This document shows, in pieces, positions 57,690 to 64,000 of a stretch of DNA of 64,000 nt (its first letter is position 1; each line of letters starts with the position of its first letter). Under the pieces are notes generated by a model. The model saw only the letters and a program-made list of their open reading frames with translations, made no database searches and had not been told where the DNA came from. The stretch spans positions 24,310 to 88,309 of the IMG/VR virus record IMGVR_UViG_3300009177_000031; one strand, written 5' to 3'. Origin of the DNA: a virus. The position numbers were made by a program, and so were the translations under genes.

Positions 57690-57751
57690 GCAGATCTCCC
57701 CTCGAAAAACAGGGCAGATCTACCTCGAACGTCAGAGGCATGTCGTATGTA
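57690..57751 (+). promoter_or_regulatory. Upstream motif copy 2: GCAGATCT x2 + GTCAGAGGCATGTCGTA
   Basis: 16/17 identity to 39117-39133; intergenic. Confidence 0.6.
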
Positions 57752-57825
57752 CACGACCACGAACCAAGTACGATGCGTGGTCAGAACCGCAGACAGATGT
57801 CTGCATAGAAGAAGGAGCAGAGACG

Positions 57826-58107
57826 GTGACTACGATCGAACGCACGCGTGAGGACTCGATGCTGCTAGCCAACGGCATCATCTTCACGATCAAAGAACTG
57901 CACGACAACAACGTGCACTACTTCAACCAGAAGCGCGCTGATGCGATGCGACGCTTCTGTCAGCCTGAGATCGCGGCGTTCTCGATGCAGCTGCTAGAGC
58001 TGTCGTTTGGGCTCGCAGCGCTCGCGGTGCACGCTGCGAAGCTGCAAGAGGCAGCTGAGAGCGACGAGTACGCGAAGAAGTTCTGGTCGAGCACGACGAT
58101 CAACTAG
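57826..58107 (+). CDS. Hypothetical protein
   Basis: AAGGAG RBS, GTG start. Confidence 0.6.
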   Translation: MTTIERTREDSMLLANGIIFTIKELHDNNVHYFNQKRADAMRRFCQPEIAAFSMQLLELSFGLAALAVHAAKLQEAAESDEYAKKFWSSTTIN

Positions 58108-58109
58108 CC

Positions 58110-58718
58110 ATGCAGCGTAGCAAGGCTTTGGCGATCCTCACGCGCCAGATCATCCATCGTTGTCCGTACAAGGGTCAGGACACGTACCTCGCGACCTGCT
58201 ACATCAACGCGCAGGATGGCGAGCACGAGTTCTGCTATGGCTGCGACCACATCGAGAAGCTGAAGGCGAAGTACGGCCTGAAGACGTTCAACCGCAAGGT
58301 GGTGACGTCCTCGTGCCGCAATTGCTCTGACTCGGCATCGCTTCACAGCGATGAGCCACCGCACAAGAGCGAGCGCGACACGCGTTGTCCTGGCTTCGCA
58401 CCGCAGCTCGATGACGCGAAGGTGTACGTACCCACGAACCTGGAGTGCACCGAATGGATGATCGTGGATCTGGCGACCGGCATGCGTACCCCGTACGCGG
58501 TGGCTCGTGCGAAGTGGGACCCAAACGCTCGTCGCCTGCAAATCGGTTTGCTCGGTGCGCCTGGAACAGTGCCGTCTGATTCGCGTGACGAACGACGGCG
58601 CCAGCTGGCGCACGAAGCAACCAAACGTCGTGGCAGGCCAGACATGGTTGTGCTCGACGATGACGGCAACGAGGTTCAACAGACCGTCAGAATCAAGAAG
58701 GGCAAGAAGTCCAAATGA
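58110..58718 (+). CDS. Cys-rich hypothetical protein
   Basis: Multiple CxxC motifs; ATGA coupling to the AAA gene. Confidence 0.65.
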   Translation: MQRSKALAILTRQIIHRCPYKGQDTYLATCYINAQDGEHEFCYGCDHIEKLKAKYGLKTFNRKVVTSSCRNCSDSASLHSDEPPHKSERDTRCPGFAPQLDDAKVYVPTNLECTEWMIVDLATGMRTPYAVARAKWDPNARRLQIGLLGAPGTVPSDSRDERRRQLAHEATKRRGRPDMVVLDDDGNEVQQTVRIKKGKKSK

Positions 58719-59875
58719 ACGAACCGATCAAATGCGCGCTCTGCGAGTTCCGTGGTCACACGCTCGCGAGGCACGTTTGGGTGGTTCACAACGTCAACCC
58801 TGTTGACTACACGATCGAACACGGCGCTTTGCTGTCGCCGTATGGAGTGCAGAAGATGAAGGAGCTGAAGATGCGTGAGCCGTTCAAGACGAAGACCGTG
58901 AAGATGTCCGAGTTGTTCTCCAACTGGACGCAGGCGTTTGCAGAGGACAACACCTACGAGGTGGGCGTCGAGGATCATCCGCTGATCCCCACGCTCGATC
59001 CGAACTACAGCTTCCCGGAGGACGCAGCGCTCGAAGTGCTGACGCTTCTGGAGAAGAAGGTGCGGAACAACCTGTGGGTGCAGGGACCGACGCAAGCCGG
59101 CAAGTCGACGCTGATCCAGAACCTCGCAGCGGTGATTCGACGTCCGCTGTTCCGCCTCAATTGCAACGTACACATGACGCCGTCGCACTTCTTCGGCAAG
59201 ACGCGCGCTCGCGCTGGCGAGACCTACTTCATGTACGGCGTGATCGTGAAGTGGATGCGCACGCCTGGCGCGTGGCTTCTGATGGACGAGTACGACACGC
59301 TCGACACGGAATGCACCAACGCGCTCAAGAGCGTGCTGGAGTTCCCTCGTCGCGCGTGCCTGACCGAGCATGACGACGAGATGGTGGAAGGCCATCCTGA
59401 CAATCGGCTCATCGTCGCGTGCAACACGCGCGGTCGCGGCGACGACACCGGAATGTTCATCAACACGCAGGTGCAATCGATCGCCGATCTCGCGCGGTTC
59501 AACGGCTACATCGAGATCGACTACATCGGCGAGGAGCAAGAGAAGGCGCTTCTCGCGAAGATGTTCGAGAACGTTCCGAAGAAGGCGATCGACAACATCG
59601 TGGCGGTGGCGAACAAGACGCGCGAGCAGTTCAAGCGTGGGCAGCTCGCGCGCGTCATCTCGACGGCAGAAGCGATCAACTGGTGCGAGAACTACGCGCT
59701 GTTCTACACCGGTCATCACAGCGCGCGCATCTCGTTCCTCAACGGCTACGACGAGGTTTCGCGCACCGCGGTGAAGGAGCTGATCAACAACGCGTTTGGA
59801 CAAGAGGACAGCGAAGTCCTCAACGACGCGCGTGCGGCTGCGCGTGCTGCGGACGCTGCGACCGACGAGGGATGA
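58715..59875 (+). CDS. CobS/MoxR-like AAA+ ATPase with N-terminal C2H2 finger
   Basis: CALC...H....H; GPTQAGKST; LMDEYD; ACNTRG.GD; A.L.RF. Confidence 0.88.
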   Translation: MNEPIKCALCEFRGHTLARHVWVVHNVNPVDYTIEHGALLSPYGVQKMKELKMREPFKTKTVKMSELFSNWTQAFAEDNTYEVGVEDHPLIPTLDPNYSFPEDAALEVLTLLEKKVRNNLWVQGPTQAGKSTLIQNLAAVIRRPLFRLNCNVHMTPSHFFGKTRARAGETYFMYGVIVKWMRTPGAWLLMDEYDTLDTECTNALKSVLEFPRRACLTEHDDEMVEGHPDNRLIVACNTRGRGDDTGMFINTQVQSIADLARFNGYIEIDYIGEEQEKALLAKMFENVPKKAIDNIVAVANKTREQFKRGQLARVISTAEAINWCENYALFYTGHHSARISFLNGYDEVSRTAVKELINNAFGQEDSEVLNDARAAARAADAATDEG

Positions 59876-59876
59876 C

Positions 59877-60485
59877 GTGCCGGCGCGTCCAAACGGTGCG
59901 GTGATGGCGTGGTGGTACCTCACGTGCGGACCTGGAAACGCGCACTGCTTCATCGCGGTGTTCGTCCACAACGTGCGTGACGAGCTGATGGTGTGCATCG
60001 CCGAAGGGAAGTCGAGCATGCTCGGCTTTCCAAAGGACGACTACATCACGAAGCAAGGCTGGTGCTACGAGAGCGGCTCGCTCACCACGCGTCGCCAGGC
60101 GTACGGTCGAGCGCTGAAGTACGCGTACGAGATCGTGAGGGAGCGAATCAATCGCGACTTCAAATGCGCCGCACACTCGTTCAACGAGAACACCGGTACG
60201 GACGAAGACGCGGCGATGAGTAGGTGGGAGCGCATCCACGACACGTTGCAGAACCTCACGCTGTCGCAGACTCCCCGGCCGGACTGGTGGCCTACGAAGG
60301 GGAACCTCTGGTGGATGCCGAACCGCTCCTTGGAGCGGCGAGAAGATCTCCACCAGGAAGGGTTCGATCTCGTCGGTTTGGTAAACAGTGCACACAGCGC
60401 CACGAGCAAGCGGCGCAGGAAGAAGCGAAACCATGCTAGGACGTACCGCCGCGTCGGACGATTCCTCGTCCGTGCAAAGGACTAA
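59877..60485 (+). CDS. Hypothetical protein between AAA+ and vWA genes
   Basis: GAGG before GTG; fills the gap. Confidence 0.55.
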   Translation: MPARPNGAVMAWWYLTCGPGNAHCFIAVFVHNVRDELMVCIAEGKSSMLGFPKDDYITKQGWCYESGSLTTRRQAYGRALKYAYEIVRERINRDFKCAAHSFNENTGTDEDAAMSRWERIHDTLQNLTLSQTPRPDWWPTKGNLWWMPNRSLERREDLHQEGFDLVGLVNSAHSATSKRRRKKRNHARTYRRVGRFLVRAKD

Positions 60486-60489
60486 GGCG

Positions 60490-62634
60490 ATGTCGAAGAT
60501 GAGCCTGAACCGTCGTGCGATGCTGGAGTTGATCCAGCGTTACGAGCACGGAATGGAATCCGCGATCCAGATGCAAACGAGCCTCTACAACTTGAGGGTC
60601 GTTTTCGAGGGAACGCGCGCATTCACCGATGGCAACACGATCACGCTCCCAAACGTGCGCGTGTTTGCTCAGCACGACCACATCAGCGACGAGGACATCG
60701 AGAACGCTCGCGCGTACTTCATGGCGCTGCGCGGCTACGCGTGGCAACAGGCTGCGCGCATCGTCGAGAGCGATCTCGACTTCCTCAAGGTGTGGCAGGC
60801 GAAGCATGGCTCGTTTGCGCTCGCGCTGCACAACGCGCTCGACGACATCCGAATCGAGCATCGATTCGGCAAGACGGCGCAGGGCATCCAAGAGGCGATG
60901 GACTTCATGCGCGAGACGTGGCTGTGGCCACGCTACGTGCGGAAGAAGGAGCGTGGCACGTTCGACGTGATGTACGAGATGCTGGTCGGTTTGCAGTGCT
61001 TCATGAAGCACTACGAGTCGATCGAGTCGCATCCGCTGTGGAACGCGCTCGATCCTGCGGTGCAATCGTGGGTGCGCCGCAACCAGGACGATCTCGACGT
61101 CGCGTACGACACGCTCAAGATGGAGAAGCGCAAGGGCACCGAGCGCCTCACCGAGTGTGTCGAGCGCATGATCGCCCGGTGGAGCGAGGAGTACGCGCTG
61201 GTCGAGCCGCTGTGTCCGAAGTCGGAAGCCAAGGCTGTCGAAGACGACACCAAGGCGAAGCGAAAGGACACGCAGTTCGACAACTTCTTCGGTGCGCTTC
61301 AGAAGAAGCTCGGTGAGCAAAAGAAGAAGCTCGTCGGCACCGAGGAAGAGAAGCAGATGGACGAGATGGCGGACCTACTCACGAACGCCATGAAGCCTCC
61401 GCTTCTGTTCGTCACGCTCGGACCGCGCGTCACCACGTTCGTCTCTGCGCCGTTTGCAGGGAAGTACGTGCAGCGCGTGGAACCGGTTCCAGCGCCAGAC
61501 AACAAGGAAGGCTGGGAGCGGCTGACGCAGCTCGGTGCGAACGAGTCGCGTACGATCGTGCTGCACCCACCGGATCCGCGTTTGGAGCAAGCGCTCGACA
61601 AGGCGATGGGCGACCTGGTGGGCGCGATGATGAGCGCTGCGGCTGAGGTGCAGAAGGAAGCGCAGAAGGCAATCGACGACGCGCAAGCGCACATCGAGCG
61701 GTTGCCGGAAGACGAGAAGGCGTACCTCGTCTATTCGACGAAGAACGATCGCTTCGAGCGCACGCCAGAAGCATCACCGACGGACCTGAAGCGCATGCGC
61801 GATCAGGTGCAGCAGCACGTCGGTATCGTGAAGAACCGTTTGCAGGTGCTGCTACGTTCGCGTACGCGAACGCGGTGGCGCGGCAATCGCGAGGAAGGCG
61901 AGGAGTTGGATCAGAACTCGGTCGCCGACATCGCGATGGGTCGCATCCTGAACAACAACGACCCGAGGCCGTTTCGCGTCCGTGTCGAGTCCGACGACTT
62001 GCTCGACACCGCGTCCATGCTGTTGGTGGACTCGTCTGGCTCGATGCAGGGGCGCAAGCTTCAGCTCGCTCGGTGGGCTGCGCTGTGCTTCGCGGAGGCG
62101 CTTGACCTGTCGAAGATGCGCTTCTCGCTGGCTGCGTTTTCGTCCATCGAGGACGAATGGCAGGAGTCGTATCAGCACGCGAGCGAAGCGGACCGCGAGC
62201 TGTATGGTCGCTTCGGTGCGCTCTACATCGAGACGTGTAAGACGTTCGACGAACCATGGCGTGCGGTCGCAAACCGCGTTCCTCGTCTCGGTTCGGTGAA
62301 CGAAGCGAACTACGACGCGGATAGCGTGCGGTGGGCTGGCTCGCAGCTGCTAGCTCAGAAGGCGTCACGGCGCGTTCTGTTCGTGTTCAGCGACGGTTTG
62401 CCTGCAACGAGCGAGATGCCATTGCAGGTGGCTCGTCAGCAACGTCATTTGAAGGACGTTGTCAAAGCGCTGATGGGGCAAGGCGTCGAGGTTGTCGGCG
62501 TTGGCATCTGCGACGAAAGCGTTCGGTTCTACTATCCGAACCACGTCGTGATACACAACGCAAACGACCTGCCCAAAGTGGTCATGAACCAAATGGAGTT
62601 TTTGCTGCTTCACCGTCGCTCATCACGACGGTGA
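60490..62634 (+). CDS. CobT-like vWA domain protein
   Basis: AFTDG..I.LP, NALDD.RIE N-domain; MIDAS VDSSGSM, N.D, FSDG.P, VGVGI. Confidence 0.88.
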   Translation: MSKMSLNRRAMLELIQRYEHGMESAIQMQTSLYNLRVVFEGTRAFTDGNTITLPNVRVFAQHDHISDEDIENARAYFMALRGYAWQQAARIVESDLDFLKVWQAKHGSFALALHNALDDIRIEHRFGKTAQGIQEAMDFMRETWLWPRYVRKKERGTFDVMYEMLVGLQCFMKHYESIESHPLWNALDPAVQSWVRRNQDDLDVAYDTLKMEKRKGTERLTECVERMIARWSEEYALVEPLCPKSEAKAVEDDTKAKRKDTQFDNFFGALQKKLGEQKKKLVGTEEEKQMDEMADLLTNAMKPPLLFVTLGPRVTTFVSAPFAGKYVQRVEPVPAPDNKEGWERLTQLGANESRTIVLHPPDPRLEQALDKAMGDLVGAMMSAAAEVQKEAQKAIDDAQAHIERLPEDEKAYLVYSTKNDRFERTPEASPTDLKRMRDQVQQHVGIVKNRLQVLLRSRTRTRWRGNREEGEELDQNSVADIAMGRILNNNDPRPFRVRVESDDLLDTASMLLVDSSGSMQGRKLQLARWAALCFAEALDLSKMRFSLAAFSSIEDEWQESYQHASEADRELYGRFGALYIETCKTFDEPWRAVANRVPRLGSVNEANYDADSVRWAGSQLLAQKASRRVLFVFSDGLPATSEMPLQVARQQRHLKDVVKALMGQGVEVVGVGICDESVRFYYPNHVVIHNANDLPKVVMNQMEFLLLHRRSSRR

Positions 62635-62671
62635 GGCGAGAAGGCTTCAGCAAACCGAGAAGGAGATGCAG

Positions 62672-63757
62672 ATGGCAAAGCACGAAGAGATGATCAAGAA
62701 GCTGTTCACCAAGTACGTGAAGCCGATGAAGCTTCCGCCGCGCTTGGCTGGACAAATCAACCACGCGATGGAAGCGGCTGCGAAGAAGTCGAAGGGCGAC
62801 GTGAAGGCCACGAAGAAGGCCATCAAGGCGTACCTGACCGAGCGTGGCTACGATCCGGAAACCGGCAAGAAGCTTCCCAAGGCGAAGCGCGCGAAGGCGA
62901 AGAAGGAGGCAAAGGCGAAAGCGAAGGCTCGCAAGACACGCGAGGAGAACGACGACAACGGCGACGAGGAGAGGCCGAAGAAGAAGTCGAAGAAGTCCGA
63001 CGCCGACCCGGCGAAGGAGAAGCTCGAAGCCGCTGGCGCGAAGAAGGCGCTGAAGGGCGATGCTGACACCGGCGTTCCGGCTGGCAACATCGACCTGCGC
63101 AAGCTCAATCGGCCTACGATGAAGGGCATGGCGAAGGATCTCGGCATTGGCTACAAGAAGAAGTGGACCGACGACGAGCTGCGCACGAAGCTCGCGAAGT
63201 CGATGATCGGCATCGACGACAAGGTCATGAAGGAGATCGCGAAAGCGGATCCTGCCAAGATCGAGGGTCTCGACAACTGCATCGGCGTGTTGCTCGATCT
63301 CTCGAAGGCCATCTGCATCACGTGTCCGGCGCAAACGGACTGCCGCAAGCAGTTCGAGGCGCACCGCAGCGATGGCTTCAAGGTGTTCGCGACGCTTCAG
63401 CCTGGCTCGACGCAGAGCGATCCTACGGTCGTTCCTGCGGCGAACCTGACGAAGAAGTCGTCGCCGATGCCGAAGCCGGTCGATGCGTTCAACGCCGATC
63501 GCAAGATCGAGGTGTACGACTTCGAGAAGGTCAAGGAGCTTCCGAAGGTCGAAGTCGACGGTGCGAAGGTCAAGTCGAACATGGAGCACAAGGCGTTCCT
63601 GCGCGCGGTGAAGAAGACCGTGCCGGAAACGCTCGGCGAGTTCCGTGACGTCGTGATCAAGCACTACAACGCCGAGCCGACGGACACGGACGCGGTGAAG
63701 CTGACCATGTGGTTCGCGCGGTATTGCACCGCGCTCGAAGTCATCAAGTTGGTGTGA
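62672..63757 (+). CDS. Lys-rich protein with Rho-N-like helix and Cys cluster
   Basis: L.KL....MK.MAKDLGI......DELR; C...CITCP..DC. Confidence 0.7.
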   Translation: MAKHEEMIKKLFTKYVKPMKLPPRLAGQINHAMEAAAKKSKGDVKATKKAIKAYLTERGYDPETGKKLPKAKRAKAKKEAKAKAKARKTREENDDNGDEERPKKKSKKSDADPAKEKLEAAGAKKALKGDADTGVPAGNIDLRKLNRPTMKGMAKDLGIGYKKKWTDDELRTKLAKSMIGIDDKVMKEIAKADPAKIEGLDNCIGVLLDLSKAICITCPAQTDCRKQFEAHRSDGFKVFATLQPGSTQSDPTVVPAANLTKKSSPMPKPVDAFNADRKIEVYDFEKVKELPKVEVDGAKVKSNMEHKAFLRAVKKTVPETLGEFRDVVIKHYNAEPTDTDAVKLTMWFARYCTALEVIKLV

Positions 63758-63873
63758 AGGTCAAGAAGTATCCACCAGGGACTGTCGAACACACGCTAAA
63801 CAGTCTCTGGTCTTTCATCAAAGAGCGTGAGCAACGTCTGTTTACAAACGTGACCGTAGAAGGAGCATCTCAA

Positions 63874-64000
63874 ATGGCGAAGAAGGCAAAGGCTGCGAAG
63901 AAGTCCAAGAAGTCCGACAAGGCCGCGAAGGGCGAGAAGGCGCCCAAGAAGAAGGGCCTGTCGATCAGCATCGTCCAGGTGCCCACCAACTTCGTGCTGA
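63874..64000 (+). CDS. Lys/Ala-rich protein, 3'-partial
   Basis: AAGGAG RBS, MAKKAKAAKKSKK..., runs off the window. Confidence 0.65.
   Translation, partial: MAKKAKAAKKSKKSDKAAKGEKAPKKKGLSISIVQVPTNFVL

Noticed and set aside
58715-62634. cobS/cobT as cobalamin biosynthesis auxiliary genes
   Set aside because: No cobN or other cob genes; phage homologs are generic AAA+/vWA chaperone pairs
486-63664. Long minus-strand and alternate-frame ORFs (e.g. 2234-3772, 6884-8704, 8368-10032, 29614-31632, 47868-49436)
   Set aside because: These are shadows of GC-rich + strand genes: Arg/Leu/His-rich, no motifs, and fully overlapping well-supported CDSs
63775-63810. Inverted repeat CCAGGGACTGT...ACAGTCTCTGG
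   Set aside because: Single copy with no U-tract, lying in a frame open into the next gene; insufficient evidence for function
1-64000. Prophage, tailocin/eCIS, tRNA, CRISPR array or alternative genetic code
   Set aside because: Capsid and replication genes are present, so not a tailocin; no integrase or host flank; no cloverleaf or repeat-spacer array seen; all three stop codons terminate genes normally

Overview
The whole window is a GC-rich (roughly 60-63% by eye) segment of a large contractile-tailed phage, and every credible gene is on the + strand. Its head and tail proteins follow the SPO1/Twort/A511-like (Herelleviridae-type) plan. 1-10.7 kb is the head module: a 5'-truncated giant SNF2 ATPase, a MuF-like minor head protein, a translationally coupled PI3K/PI4K/HipA-fold kinase, prohead protease, scaffold and major capsid protein. 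10.7-39 kb holds neck, sheath, tube, a chaperone pair with a +1 frameshift signal, a tape measure with a lysozyme-like domain, baseplate, a beta-helix spike and paralogous fibre-type genes. 39.2-45.9 kb is replication (SF2 helicase, DnaB-like helicase, primase). 46-64 kb is an accessory region of small genes: GHKL-zincin, receiver domain, lipoprotein, GNAT-like, SLT, and a CobS/MoxR AAA+ plus vWA pair. No terminase, portal, integrase, tRNA or CRISPR array was seen. The strongest leads are (1) a putative capsid-delivered SNF2/MuF/kinase cassette, (2) a GHKL-zincin plus receiver unit bracketed by two covarying long RNA hairpins, (3) a twice-repeated upstream motif with PafBC/RecA-NDp-like spacing, and (4) apparent window-wide enrichment of SCAAAC/GTTTGS. 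A Myxococcota host is tentatively inferred. All family assignments come from motif recognition, not database searches.
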